60,015 nucleotides of DNA, filler included, from Callorhinchus milii (GCF_018977255.1; 2 parts of 2 records of this genome joined end to end with filler, not necessarily neighbours in it); one strand, 5' to 3'; shown: positions 25,156 to 38,819, counted from the first letter of the whole stretch. Numbers and translations are program-made. The notes: generated by a model from the sequence alone, not told the origin.

Positions 25156-28100
25156 GTGTACATAACAAGCCCTGTTACCCCTACACTACAGGGTGCCCAC
25201 AAAGTCCTGTTCGCCCCCCCCCCCCCCCCATCAGGGTCCAGCTATTTCCCCGTGTCTGGGCTCGCTTTGTTCACTCTTGTAAAGGATTTCAAAGGCCATA
25301 TATACAGTGAATGCTGTTAATGTGGCCTCTGGTTGTAAAGGGTTTAATACTCGTATAAACTTGTCCATTATTGTATAGGATGAAATGAAGAATGTGGCTT
25401 TGTGCTGGGAGCCTTTCATCCTTCCCCGCAAACTCCTCCATCAAATTAATCTCTGGCCGGGCTTCAGCGGGCAAAGAGATCACCACTTCTCACCCCTAAA
25501 ACTTTCCAAGCACATCACAGGCATTCCTGTCAAGTATAGTAACTGTTCTCGCCACCTGCATCGCTGCTCTGCGTTCAGCGAGGAGCATGTTGCACCCAAG
25601 GTTGGTCATTGCTTCTTCCTGATCTGCATCCAGATTATGGAGGCCGCACTGATGTTAGCACATAAACAGATCCGATCCCTGGTGTGATTCTCCAGGGTAC
25701 AGTCCTTTGGTGAGACCACACCAGGGGTAACGCAAACAGCTCTGTGTAGAGGGAGCTTTATTCTGTCGCCAATCGTGCTGTTGCTGACCTGGAGGTGTTA
25801 GATGCTGACACAAGTTCCAGCCACAATGAGAGTAAAACATTCAGAAAAGGTATTTGGGAACGGACAATAAGCTGTTATTTAGTGCCAGATACCATTTGCC
25901 TGGCTCCCTGCCTAGTGACTCTGTGACCCTCCTGTCCACACCAACCACAGGAACATGGGGTTAGTTACTGGCGTGTGTGGTATAGTATCTCATTAGCTGA
26001 GTAACACAGAAGATGGCTTGGCTGCTGTCCAACCTCTTCAGCTTCTCTTCTGAGGACGTTTACTGGCCAGAAAACCCCTTTCATCTCTGTTTCTATCCGC
26101 CACCATTCAGTCCGTATGCCTGAAGTTCAGATCACATTCACTCTCAGCTCTCACATCACACAGAGCTCAGTTTCACCTCAGTCATCCACACTCACAAATG
26201 GCATTGAGTTACTAATAAACCTCAGTTCCTTTGATCACTGAAACACTTTCTGGTTTTGTTTGAAGCCTCTTAACACTTCCTGTAAACGTGGGAGAGATTA
26301 ACAGAAAGAGAGAGGCATGAGCTGCCTGGACACCTTCCAAAAGCCTTCACGGGGAATCACTGTCAGTGTAGTGACTTTGTATTCATAGACAAATGCAATT
26401 TAAGCACAGCAGTGCCCTGCACACACCTAGCACTCCGAGACGCTTTCTGGCCTGAAGTGTGCTATATAAATGCAAGTTGTTGTTGTTGTATCTATTTACC
26501 TCTCCCCAGCCTCTGTTGATTTTCTCTCCTCCCTACTCTATATCTACTTTTTCAGGCACTCTTTTCCATATTCTCTTAACCTGATCTATATATCTGTTGA
26601 CGTCTTCTTCAGAGTGCAGAGAGAGACAGATACAGAGAGAGCAAGTGTAAATAGATAGTAAGCGATACGACTAGGGAGTGAGAGAGAGAGAGGGGGAGTG
26701 GGGAGCGTGGGAGGAGATGTGGTAGAATGGCAAAGAGAGGATGTAAGACAGACAGCGAGCAATCAGCATACAGTCTCTTGCCTGAGCTGTGTGAGTCTGA
26801 CTGCAGACTGGGATGTGTCTGTTCTGGTTGGACTCACCAAATTAGTGTCTTATCTGAACATTACCATCCAGTGGTATTCATCTTTACATCTAAATTTACT
26901 TTAAGTAGGTTATGGAGGAGGAAGTTATTGAGCCATTGATTGAGGAGATAGTCACAGCTGCTTAAGAAAGAAATATATTTTTTGAATCACATTGAAACCC
27001 GTTCCCACTCACACACAACTGTCGTCTGTCTCCATTTCACACTGTATGCCACTGACAATCTGGTGCGAATTCAGAGCAAACAGTGGGCAGGTTTGTGTTA
27101 GACTCTCAGCACGAGACAGCGTGTCTGTTGGAGCTGCCACAACTCATTTCCCTTCAAATCTTCATGTCTGAGAGTCAGACTCCCAGCTCAGCACAGAGCG
27201 CTCATGGTCTCCACCAAACCACTGTTTTTTATCCTGATTACCGCACACACAATGTCCAGACTTACTCAATGTTTCACACCATCACACGAGAGCTCAGCCT
27301 TTCAGAATTCTTACTTGATCGTCCTCCAATCGTGGCATTAAGCAAGTTTGTACATGAGCCCCAGCATTCTGGCCTCAACAGCACTTACCTATTCCACCTG
27401 TTATTTTTACACTGTAAAGAAATACTTCCCGGTGTCACCCCTGTGCCCAGCTGACTGTTTTATTTCACTGTTATGTTCTGGGTTTTGTACTTCAAATTTA
27501 GCTTTCTATAAACCTCTGTAATAAATAAATCAATCTAGAAAAGAATACAAAATGATTTCTTGTCTGAGATTTATCCAGCACCGTGTTAGCACATCGTCAG
27601 TTGTTAAGTTCAGGGTGGCAGAATTGTCGTCCTGACCAACATTGGTGGGCATTGCTCACAATGGCAGCCTCGCAGCTTCATCTCCTAGCGTTTCAGGATG
27701 CAAACCCCGCCACACTTCACTTTCACAGTGTGTAGACAAAGTGGTGAGACCGTTCGTTTGTTCCCTTTAAAAAGCAACAGCTACACATGATGGATGCCAA
27801 ATGATTTGACAGCTTGCTTTGGTCAGGCTGTAACTGAGCGCACTCTGCTATCAGCGTGTTAACAAGGTGTAACCTCCTGCCTGCTGTAATCTGGAAAGAT
27901 TTACCTGTCACTCTCTCCCTCCTGGTAACTTCCTGTACAGTGACCCCAGGTAAGAACTAATGAAACCAGATACTCTGGAAGAGTCTGTTAACACTGAGTG
28001 TGTAACTTCATTCTGTTCCCCCAGGCCTCCCACTCTGGTGTTGAGCCAAGACATTATAGTTGATTTATTAATCATCAAGGATGGTGTGTGTGAAAGAAAG

Positions 28101-29084
28101 AAAAGTAGTATTTTTATAACAACACATGCATCAAATGATCACAAAGCACATTACAGAGAACGTCACAGAGAATTGCTATAAAGTGTAGTGACTATTTTTA
28201 GGCAAGCATAGTAACCATTTTGCACAGAATAAGGTCCCACAGACAGCCATGAGGTGAATGGTTCCATTTATCTGGGGCAATTTTGGCTGGGACACCAGGA
28301 GTAAAGAAACTCCCGTCACTTTCCCAATTGTACTGAGGTGTCCACCAGAACAGGCACAGACCAGAGTTTGGTTTACCAGTGATAAATTTCCACTGATGTC
28401 TGTCATGAGGTTCACACCATATCAGTGGAACCATACCACCCTGAATTTGAAGAGGAGCCAGTCTCCCAGGGATGGGATTCTATTAAGTGAGAGGTGCCAT
28501 GTTCATGTAATTGAATCACTGTGGGGCTATTTAGATGCTTCCAGTTTCATGGTTTGGTAGAGGGTGTGACTGTTTAGTTTGTGACCCGCCTGCGTTAGAT
28601 AGGAAGGAAAACCCCAGACAATAAGCAGTGAGAAACTATTGGTAACGAGGGCACAGGTTAGGACTGAGGCTGAATAGGTTATGGGAGGTTAGAAGCTTGC
28701 TTCCCACAGATGGGTATTACAACATGGAATGCCTTGTCATGAGGGGCTTTTGAGACTGGGATCATTACGTTCAACAGGGAATGGGATATGTACTTAAGGA
28801 GAAATCCAAAAAGGTTCCTGGGAAAGAGGAGGGATTCTGGGATTAAACACGCTGTTAGCTTTGACAGGACACGTAATGGGGCTAATTATGATGGTTTATT
28901 GCTGTAAAATCTGTCTGATGAAGAATGACAGGAGGAGTCGCAAGTTCAGACCCCAATCCAGTGCGTGATGGTCTCAGCCAACCTTTCCACAGGTCACAGG
29001 AGAACAGGAGCTGCAGTCCTAGCCTGTTGGGTTCTTGCCTTTAAACCACACCATATGTATCCTTACTCGCAAATGTATTGAATA

Positions 29085-29452
29085 ATATAATAATTCTTGC
29101 ATTTGATATAGTACCTTACCACGACATTGAGACGTATCAAATCCCTTTGCAGAATATATTGTAAAGTAAATTGACTCTGTATTTTATGGGGCAAAACACA
29201 GAAGCCAATTGTGCACAGCAGTGACCCACAGACAGCCATGGATTAAGTGAACATTTTTGTTTTGAAGGATTATCATCCCCAGAAAGCAATCCACCAATCG
29301 ACTAACAACCGGGTTCCTACTTACTGCAAGGTAAACAGGCGAGTGGAGTAAGGAAACTTGCCTAAGGTTTCACCATGCCTGGGAATTGAGCCGGGATATT
29401 CTCGCTTGCAAAGCAAGTGCGCTAACCACTACGGTAAGCCTAAGAGACTCCA
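29085..29452 (-). mobile_element. Same SINE family, full length
   Basis: Reverse-strand head with TGC anticodon-like loop, core and tail. Confidence 0.8.
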
Positions 29453-29976
29453 CTATTTGATGGAACAACTTGTACTTTAGTTACTAACGATGCCAGTACG
29501 TGGAGGTGCATTTCTCAAGGCACAGCCCAGACTCGGGTTTGTTCTGTCAATTATTAGATTTGTCTGTCTTGATACTGTCTGTTCAGATCTGTCGCTTGTC
29601 TCGTGCAAGGAGTTTCTCTTTCCCAGCGTTCTGGCCAACTTTCCCCCATCTAAAATTGGTCACTCACTCCACGATTGTTTGGGGACACTGCTGTGCGCAA
29701 TTGGCTGCTGCATTTGCCCACAAAATGCACAGTCACTACACTTTACAGTGTATCCTGTGAAGCGCTTTGAGACATCTCAATGCTGTGATATGGCGCTATA
29801 TCAAATACAAGAATTATTATAAACATGAGATGAACAAACAATTTATCTGGAAGATTGTTGGCCAGACTGCCGGAAAAAATTCCAATCTCTGATTGTGTCA
29901 GAGGATGTTTAACATCCACCCAGAAAGGTAGTCGGGAGTTGGGTATAACAGCATCTCTCACCATTCTGCTCCCCGG

Positions 29977-30076
29977 NNNNNNNNNNNNNNNNNNNNNNNN
30001 NNNNNNNNNNNNNNNNNNNNTTAATTAATTAANNNNNNNNNNNNNNNNNNNNNNNNNNNNNNNNNNNNNNNNNNNN
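29977..30076. other. Gap / artificial contig spacer
   Basis: 44 N + TTAATTAATTAA (stops in all six frames) + 44 N = exactly 100 nt. Confidence 0.95.
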
Positions 30077-30344
30077 TGTGACACTGTGTGGCCACTTTTG
30101 TGGCCAAATCTTCTGCGATGTTATTAAGTTTTCCGTTCGTCAATACAAAGCGGTGCAAACGGGAATGACATTTAACGTCTCATCCCTCCAACAATGTGGT
30201 GCTCTCCCCCCAGCAATGCACTGGAGCGTCACCTTAGACTACATGGGTTCCAAGACCCTCAGACACGCACTCAGTGAGAGCAGAGATGGTAACAGCAGCC
30301 CGAGAGAACTACCATGGCCCAGACACTGGGTATCAGTCTGGCTC

Positions 30345-30672
30345 CGTCACTGTGTCAGCTCAGCCCAGTCACCGTGTGTCAGTGTCGCTGAGTCACCGTG
30401 TGTCAGTGTCGCTCAGTCACCGTGTGTCAGTGTCGCTGAGTCACCGTGTGTCAGTGTCGCTCAGTCACCGTGTGTCAGTGTCGCTGAGTCACTGTGTGTC
30501 AGTGTCGCTCAGTCACCGTGTGTCAGTGTCGCTGAGTCACTGTGTGTCAGTGTCGCTCAGTCACCGTGTGTCAGTGTCGGTGAGTGACTGTGTGTCAGTA
30601 TCGCTCAGTCACTGTGTGTCAGTGTCGCTCAGTCACTGTGTGTCAGTGTCTCTCAGTCACTGTGTGTCAGTC
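30345..30672 (+). repeat. 24-bp minisatellite (gctcagtcaccgtgtgtcagtgtc)
   Basis: About 13 units. Paralogous arrays at 35160-35490 (+), 45367-45985 (-, ~25 units) and 58655-59045 (+, degenerate). Confidence 0.95.
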
Positions 30673-32094
30673 CTGAACTATGGTTTAACATCTCATCCAA
30701 AGGACAGCGCCTCCGACAGTGTATTCCCAACCCCCAGAACTGCATTGGAGCATTGGCTTAGACTATGTGTTTCAAAGACCCAAAGTGGGACTGAAACCCA
30801 CAACCTTCTTACTCAGAGGCGAGAGCGCTACCACTGCCTCAGTGAATGGAGGATTTTGTTCAGGACGGTGTAGAATTTTGATCATCGTGTAAAAGTCAGA
30901 TGGTATTTGGAGTTGGGTTTCTATATATGAACTGCAGAAGAACGATTTCCAAATTCAAACTGAAATACAGAGTATTTTACCAATCTTTGCTGCCCCTTAA
31001 ACTTCAAGGTGATGGTCTTAAGCCTGAGATTATGAGAATTTCAGGCCTTCAGGAGAGCAAAGATGTTTTGATCTTCTATCAGTTTAATCGCGGGGAGATT
31101 CACTACCCGCCTCCACAATACACAGTGACTGTCTGGGAGTGCTGGATGGGCAGTGCAGAGGAAGCTTTACTCCACAATAACTTACATTAACACAGCGCTC
31201 CTCACGTACGTTAGCTTCCCAGAGCGCTTGACCGTGGCAGAGCACGATGCCGAGCCAGCGGAGAGGGGAAGTTGACAATTGGGACGGTCAAAGAGGAAGT
31301 TCTTCAGGTGCGACCTGAAGACGGGGAAGGAGTGGATAAGCCGGAGAGGTAGAGGAACAGTGTTCCAGAGTTTCGGGGAGTGGTGTTTGAAAGCGCGGCC
31401 ACCAATGGAGGAACTATGGACAATTAGGTGTCAGTCAAGCGGAGGCAGCGGGTTGTAGGATGGACGGTAAGCAGGTCGGAGACGTAGCGTGGTGCAGGGC
31501 ATGAAGGGATTGGAAAACGAGCGTTAGGATCTTAAAATCAATGCTTTTGGCTGTAGGAAACCAGTGGAGCCCGACTAGACCTGGTGTGTGGTGTGATGCT
31601 CAGCCGTGTCTGTATCTACCCCGTGCTGTAGCTGACCTGGGAGAGCTGTAATAATAATAATAATATTCCTTGTGTTTGATATAGCGCCTTATCCTGTTGT
31701 TGAGACGTCTCAAATTGCTTCACAATATAAACTGTAAAAAAGATTGACTGTGCATTGTTTTGGCAAAATTTGGCAGCTGATTGCATTCCACAAACAGTCA
31801 TGGATTCAGCGACCACTCTCTCTCTCTCTCTCACACACTCTCTCTCACACACTCTCTCTCACACACTCTCTCTTTCACATTCTCTCTCTCTCTCTCTCTC
31901 TCACTCTCACTGAGAAACACAAAGACCAGACTGATCATGAGATGAATGATATTTATTTATTGCCCTCCGCCCTGTTGTTCAGGGAGTGGGTTACAAGCTA
32001 CAGGAGGCCGGTGGCTGAGACATTGACAATCCCATCCTTTCTCCTGCGCTGGTGACAGACAGCGCTCCATTCCGCTGCCTCAGCTTTGCCTTCT

Positions 32095-32499
32095 TTATCT
32101 GCAGCAAATGCCCCCAACATCAGAGCAAAGTCCAATACGTCTCTGTGTTGTCAGACACGAATCCGCGCAAACTCCTCTATGCCGTTCACAATCCCGGGAC
32201 GAACTTCGTGTTGCAGTAAAACGTAAATCACCTCCACCTGCACCTGAAACTGCACAGTTACACTCAGTTACACAGCGCCGCTCACACCACACGGACGTCT
32301 AAGAGCTTCACAACAGCTCACACTCACACAGCGTCACTCACACCGCGCGGATGATGTGTGGGGAGCGAGTCGGGCGGGGAGTGCAGGGCTGGAGGGGGTC
32401 GGTGAGGAGGAGAGAGACGAACATTGGGATTTACTCACAGTGACTGGTGACTCCCTGAGCCATGAACAGCACAGAGAGAGCGAGCACTAAGCAGTACAT
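32095..32499 (-). CDS. Beta-defensin-type peptide, copy A (2 exons, ~71 aa)
   Basis: Exon 1 32499-32439 MYCLVLALSVLFMAQGVTSH with phase-1 GTGAGT donor. Exon 2 ~32249-32095 FSGAGGGDLRFTATRSSSRD-CERHRGVCADSCLTTQRRIGLCSDVGGICCR*; spacing C-x6-C-x3-C-x9-C-x6-CC. AATAAA at 31961-31952. Exact acceptor is uncertain (three in-phase AGs 6 nt apart). Confidence 0.85.
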
Positions 32500-32849
32500 G
32501 GTCTCTGGAAGTCTGGAAGCCTTGTAAAGACCGCAGAGACACGTTGGTCAGAGACTGTATGAAGTTGTCTGAATATGAGAGGTATTTATCCCCTTCACAT
32601 CTGAGGGCAGCGGTTACATATGCAAAGCACTGCGACTGCTTTCATTGCCAATGTGAGGGGTGTTTCACACTCCGATAGCAAAATAATGAGTCATTTGTGA
32701 TGATGGAGAGATACAAGAGATTGTGCTCCATCCTGTGTTCTGGGCCAAAGACAATTCGCTTGTGGCTCTTTGATGGGACGTTCTTGGGCTCCAATTGGCT
32801 GCCATGTTGGCCCACAAAACACACAGTCACTGCACTTTACAGTGAAGAA

Positions 32850-33190
32850 TTATGAGGGGATTCGATCGGATGGTCAAGGAGAAACTATTTGAACTAGCGG
32901 GCTGGTTGGTAACCCGAGGACTCCAATTTGAAACAGTTGTTAAAATAAACAGAGGTGCGGTAATCTGCAAGAATTTGTTGGGATCTGGAGTGCATTGCGT
33001 GAAAGGCTGGTGGAAGCCGATTCGATCACAGCTTTTTAGAGAAGAAGTAGTTGATTATTTGTGGAGGTCAAGTTTGCAGAACTATGGGGAGAGAGTGGGG
33101 GAGTGGGATTGAATTAGATTATTCTTTTCAAAGAGTTGGCACAGACACGAGGGGCCGATTGGCCTCCTTCTGTGCTGTACAATCCAATAA
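32850..33190 (+). mobile_element. CR1 LINE 3' end (copies at 41460-41800 + and 47810-48150 -; other CR1 pieces at 2440-2640 -, 52420-52760 -, 56420-56790 +)
   Basis: MRGFDR..TRG..F(T)QRVVGIW-type ORF2 C-terminus followed by the ggccgattggcctccttctgtgctgta 3' UTR. Confidence 0.8.
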
Positions 33191-33554
33191 TTCTATCATA
33201 TGGTGGAAATGTTGCTCTCTGAGAAGGTGTTGATCTAATTGCGATTAGCACTAATGGAAATTAATGCTAATTAATCTGAAATGCTGTACTCTGTCCTGCG
33301 CTTTGGGACATCCTCTCGACGTGAAAGGCGCTGTACAAATGTAATCTTGTCGTTTTTTGTTGTGGTAACAATTGATCCCAACATTTTACCTTTTCAGTGA
33401 TAAATCTGCGCTATCTGGTTTTTAGATTTGAGTCCATAATTTCCACTATTCTCGATGATTGATGATGGTGCAATATGGAATTCCTGTGTAATTGCAGCAA
33501 CAGCATTACACATCTCATTATCTTTCATGTAAAGTGAGACCCTTGATCTCAATC

Positions 33555-34225
33555 AACAACAACAACAACAGCAAGATTGCATTTATAGAGCGCCTTTCGC
33601 GTCTGGAGGACGTCCCAAGGTGCTGGACAGTTGGGTCGGGACCCGAGCAGTGGGGAAATGGTCAGGGTGAGGGGAGGGAAGAGAGGGAGCGAGGAGGGTG
33701 TAGAGAGTCGAGAGGGAAGCTGAAGGCACGGTTGAAGAGAAAGGTCTTGAGACCGGCCTTGAAGGAGGAAAGGGAGGAAGCAAGGAGAAGGCACTGGGGG
33801 ATGGAGTTCCAGAGCCTCGGGGCTGAGAGGCTGAAAGCCCGGCTACCAATGGTAGGGCAGTTGGGGCGGGGGATGTGGAGCAGACCGGAGCCAGAGGAAC
33901 GGTGGGGACAGGCAGGTACGTAGGGGGAAAGTAGGTTGGAGAGGTAGGAGGGAGCGAGGCCATGAATGGCCTTGTAGGTGAGGATAAGGATCCTGAATTC
34001 GATCCTCTGGGGGATGGGGAGCCAGTGGAGGCGAGCGAGGGTGGGAGTGATGTGGTCGCGAAGCCTGGTGCGGGACAGTGCACGAGCTGCAGAGTTCCTA
34101 ATGACCTGCAGCTTGTGGAGGGAGGTGCCGGGAAGGCCGACGAGGAGAGAGTTCCCATAGTCCAGCCTTGAGGTGATAAAGGCGTGGACCAGAGTTTCAG
34201 CAGCGTGAGGGGTGATACCTGTCAA
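33555..34225 (-). mobile_element. L2-clade LINE 3' fragment inserted in an LTR integrase remnant (paralogous copies at 46780-47445 + and 57295-58005 -)
   Basis: AETLVHAFITSRLDYGNSLLVGLP..LHWLPIPQRIEF..RAFSLSAPRLWNSIP; (TTG)n tail. Confidence 0.9.
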
Positions 34226-34229
34226 TACC

Positions 34230-34860
34230 TGTTTGAAGGTAAGAATCAATAGCTGTTTGAAGCCCAATCAAGTGACTATATGATTCACTGAAATGTTTAC
34301 AGACGCTTGTGCCGTATTATGAGGTATTGGAAATACTTCAGCTCATTTTGTGAATGTATCAGTTACCACTAATACATAACGGTTTTTACGAGGTGTTGAA
34401 AGAAGTGGATCAATAAAATCAATGTGCAATAATGTCAATGGACCCTCCACTGGTCTGGTATGTTACAATGCTTTTTTGAAAATTTAAGTCAGGTACAGTT
34501 AATTTGTGCACCATTTAGGCAATTTGCACAATAATGTTTGATATTTTCTGCACAATTAGACCACCAGGATACTTGTTGGAGTCGCTTTAACACAATAGAA
34601 CTGGATTGATGTCCCGAAGTGGGAGCATCATATACTTGTTGTAAATTATTATTCGGACACCTTGTCGGAACCATACAAAAATCTTTGTAAAACAGCAAAC
34701 CTTGTTTGACACTTCAATCTGATCCATGGTTTGAATAGTGATAATTGATGGAAATTTTAGAATTTAATGTTTCGATAGTTTGTATTATTTCCACATCAGT
34801 GTCATGGGCACATTTTTAAATCTACAGGTTTATCCCCAGAGATTACTGTGGCCACTTGTT
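34230..34860 (-). mobile_element. Degenerate Gypsy/retroviral-type integrase remnant (copies at 46140-46780 + and, partial, 58010-58360 -)
   Basis: HHCC zinc finger (V[H/Y]DAPTSGH..SWW..C..C) and core LHIDFIDPL..RYVLVVTDTFTK. Continues beyond the L2 insert as DQGSHFT..WDQLLP (33365-33550). Confidence 0.8.
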
Positions 34861-36099
34861 CCAAAGATGGCTAAAATACGGCTGGATCCCATTTTGTGAC
34901 ACTGTGTGGCCACTTGTGTGGCCAAATCGTCTGCGATGTTATTAGTTTTTCCGTTCGTCAATACAAAGTGGTGCAATGGGGAATGACATTTAACGTCTCA
35001 TCCCTCCAACAATGTGGTGCTCTCCCCCCAGCAATGCACTGGAGCGTCACCTTAGACTACGATGGGTTCCAAGACCCTCAGACACGCACTCAGCGAGAGC
35101 AGAGATGGTAACAGCAGCCCGAGAGAACTACCATGGCCCAGACACTGGGTATCAGTCTGGCTCCGTCACTGTGTCAGCTCAGCCCAGTCACCGTGTGTCA
35201 GTGTCGCTGAGTCACCGTGTGTCAGTGTCGCTCAGTCACCGTGTGTCAGTGTCGCTCAGTCACTATGTGTCAGTGTCACTGAGTCATCGTGTGTCAGTGT
35301 CGCTGAGTCATCGTGTGTCAGTGTCGCTGAGTCACTGTGTGTCAGTGTCACTAAGTCATCGTGTGTCAGTGTCGCTCAGTCACCGTGTGTCAGTGTCGCT
35401 CAGTCACCGTGTGTCAGTGTCGCTCAGTCACCGTGTGTCAGTGTCGCTGAGTCACTGTGTGTCAGTGTCGCTCAGTCACTGTGTGTCAGTCCTGAACTGA
35501 CAGATTGGAATATGGTTTAACATCTCATCCAAAGGACAGCGCCTCCGACAGTGTATTCCCAACCCCCAGAACTGCATTGGAGCATCGGCTTAGACTATGT
35601 GTTTCCAAGACACGAAGTGGGACTGAAACCCACAACCTTCTTACTCAGAGGCGAGAGCGCTACCACTGCCTCAGTGAATGGAGGATTTTGTTCAGGACGG
35701 TGTAGAATTTTGATCATCGTGTAAAAGTCAGATGGTATTTGGAGTTGGGTTTCTATATATAAACTGCAGGAGAACAATTTTCAAATTCACACGGAAATAC
35801 AGAGTATTTTACAATCTTTGCTGCCCCTTAAACTCCGGCTGCTTTCGTTGCCAATGTGAGGGTTGTTTCACACGAAGGTTTGCAAAATAATGAGTCATTT
35901 AAGGAATGAAAAGTTTGTTGTTTTTTGATTGTCATCCTTACGAAAGCATATTCTGCGACGCAACTCACATCCGCCTCCCATCATATGTTATGATATTGAT
36001 CATAAATCTCAAATATATAAACATTGCAAATATGAGATATTATTTAACACATTAATTGCAGAATCCTACAGTAGGGTTTAGGAGGTCACAGGTGTAGTT

Positions 36100-37035
36100 C
36101 GGGACAAGAACGGGGAGGGATTTGAAGGGGAGGATGAGGATCTTGAACTCTATCCTCGGGGGGATGGGGAGCCAGTGGAGCCCGGCGAGGATGGGGGTGA
36201 TGGGGTCGTAGAGCTTAGTGCAGGAGAGGACACGAGCTGCAGAGTCAACAACAACAATAACTTGGATTTATATAGCCCCCTCCATGCCAGACGGCGTCTC
36301 AGAGCGCTTTACATTAAAGGATCCCGGGACCGAGCCAGGGGGATGGGGAGGAAGTTGATGAAAGCTGCAGTCGAAAAGAAAGCTCTTCAGCCAAGACTTG
36401 AAATTAGGAAGAGATGGGACGAGGTGAAGGGATAGAGGAAGGGAGTACCAGAGCCTCAGGACGTAGTGGCTGAAGGCACGGCCACCGAGGGTGGAGCGGA
36501 GTACTCGGGGGACTCAGAAGTTGCGGGATGCAGAGGAGTGGACGGATTTGAAGACAAAGGTAAGGATCTTGAAGTTGTTCCTCTCTGGGAAAGGCAGCCA
36601 ACGCAGTCTGGCAAGGACTGGGGTAATCGTGGAGCGGAGTTTGGTGCGGGTGAGAATGCAGGTTGCAGAGTTTTGTACAATCTGGATTTTATGGATGGTA
36701 GTCTTTTAGGATTTTATGGAGGGGAGACATGTGAGGAGTGCATTTGAGTAGTCCAGTCAAGAGGTGAGAAAGGCATGGTCCAGGGTTTCAGCGTCTTTTG
36801 GAGAGAGGTATTGGTGGAGACGGACGATGCGTCGGAGGTGGAAGAAAGCGGTGCTGGTGGAGTACCGGACGTGGGGGAGTAAGGATAATTTGGGGTTGCG
36901 TACGGGTACAGATAGTTTTAGAGGGAGGTCGGGTAGGTGGATAATGTGAGAACTGTTAGATTTTAGATGTTGATGAGAGCCAAAAAGAATAGCTTCCGTT
37001 TTGTCAACGTTCAGTTGAAGGAAATTTGCGCTCAT
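36100..37035 (-). mobile_element. Nested L2 LINE fragments (inverted copies at ~42400-43330 and ~48970-50050)
   Basis: WMSANFLQLNVDKTEAILFG..DAETLDHAFLTS and LHWL-type motifs. Confidence 0.8.
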
Positions 37036-38819
37036 CCAGCTCCTGAGGTCTGACAGGCAAACTGACAGAATATCAGGGGTCTGGGGGTCGCAAAGAGAGG
37101 TGGAAAAATAGAGTCATGAATAATCTGCCTCTTGGTTAGGGAAGAGTTGGGTAACATGGTGAGGAGAGAGTCAGTATTGTCAAGTTGAATTTGAAGAACA
37201 GTTGAGGGTCGAACAGGACGCTGAGGTTCTGTATTGGCTCTGTGAGGTGTGGAGTGCATCCATGAAGGGTGATGCTGTCATTTCCCAAAGGATGGAGGTG
37301 CGGACAGGAGCCAAGCAGGAGGGACTTGGTGTTGTGGGCATTGAACTAAAGGAAGTACTCTCATCCAGGACTTGATGTCCAACAGGTAGAGTTCTGTATC
37401 ATTCACATGTGGAAACTGACCTCATGTCTGCAGTCAAATGTCACCAAGAGGGAGCGTGTAAGTTTTGAAAAGGAGAGGACCAAGGACAGAGGTTTGGGGA
37501 ACGTAACATGTGATTGTGCGAGGGCTGGAGGAGAAGTCGTTCATGGAATCAAAGTGATTCAGACGGGAATGACATTGAACATCTCATCCAAATGATGGCA
37601 CTTCCAACAATGTGGTGCTCTCTCCCCAGCAATGCGCTGGAGCATCAGCTTAGACTACATGGGTTCCAAGACCCTCAGACACGTAGTCTGGGAGAGCTGA
37701 GCTGGTAACAGCAGTCCGAGAGAACTACCATGGCTCAGTCACTGTGTATCAGCCTGGAGGATTTTTTTCAGGACGGTGCAGAATATTGAGGGTTTCTATA
37801 TACGAATTGCAGGAGAACGACTTCTAAATTCACACTGAAATTCAGAGAATTTTACCAAACATTGCTTCCCCTTAAACTTTATGGTAATGGTCTTCAGCCT
37901 AAGACTATGAGAATTTCAGACACTCAGGAGAGCAAAGAAGTTCTGATGTTCTATCAGTTTAATCGCGTGGAGATTCACTACAGACCTACACAATACACAG
38001 TGACTGCCTGGGAGGTGAAAGAAATTGGTGCTGGTGAGGAACCGGATGACGAGTAAGAAGGATAATTGGTGGTCGAACCTGATGGCGAGGCTGCGTACGG
38101 GTTCGAAGAGTTTTAGGGGGAGGACGGGTAAGTGGATGATGTCAGAACTGTGAGAATATAGACATTGATGAGAGCTAAAAAGTGTGGCTTCCATCTTGTC
38201 AACATTCAACTGAAGGAAATTTACGCTCATCCAGCTCCTTAGGTCTGACAGGCAACCTGATAGAATATCAGGGGACTGGGGGTCACAAAGAGAAGTGGAA
38301 AAATAGAGTCTTGAATAATCTGCATCTTGGGTAGGGAAGACTTGGGTAACATGGTGAGGAGGGAGTTAGTGTTGTCAAGTCTGGATGTTATCATCTCTGC
38401 TCCCACTGAGTGTGTGTCTAACCCATTATCACAATATCTGGATGTTTGCATAGAATAAGGTGTGTGGCTGAGAGGTATTGTATTACATCAAGTACATTAT
38501 GCTCCCACGTCTGGACATCAATCAACGCTTCTACATTACAGCGACTACATCAAATATCCTGGTGCTATTGATTGGGATCAAGGGATTCACTTTACAAGAA
38601 AGGTGATGGGATGTGCAACACAGTTGCTGGATTTACACAGCAATTCCATATTGTACCATCCTCAATCATCGGGAATAGTGGAAAGTATGGACCCAAATCT
38701 AAAAACCATGTTGCAAATTTAACACTGAAAAGGTAAAATGTTGGGATCAATTGTTACCATTATTGCTAACGCAATTTCATCAATCTATCGCCATCTCCCA
38801 GCTCCACCTTCTGGCCCCT

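Noticed and set aside
32250..32298. Extra Cys-rich N-terminal extension (WCERRCVTECNC) in the ORF-track defensin ORF
   Set aside because: Intronic: the upstream AG is out of phase with the signal exon and gives a stop after five codons.
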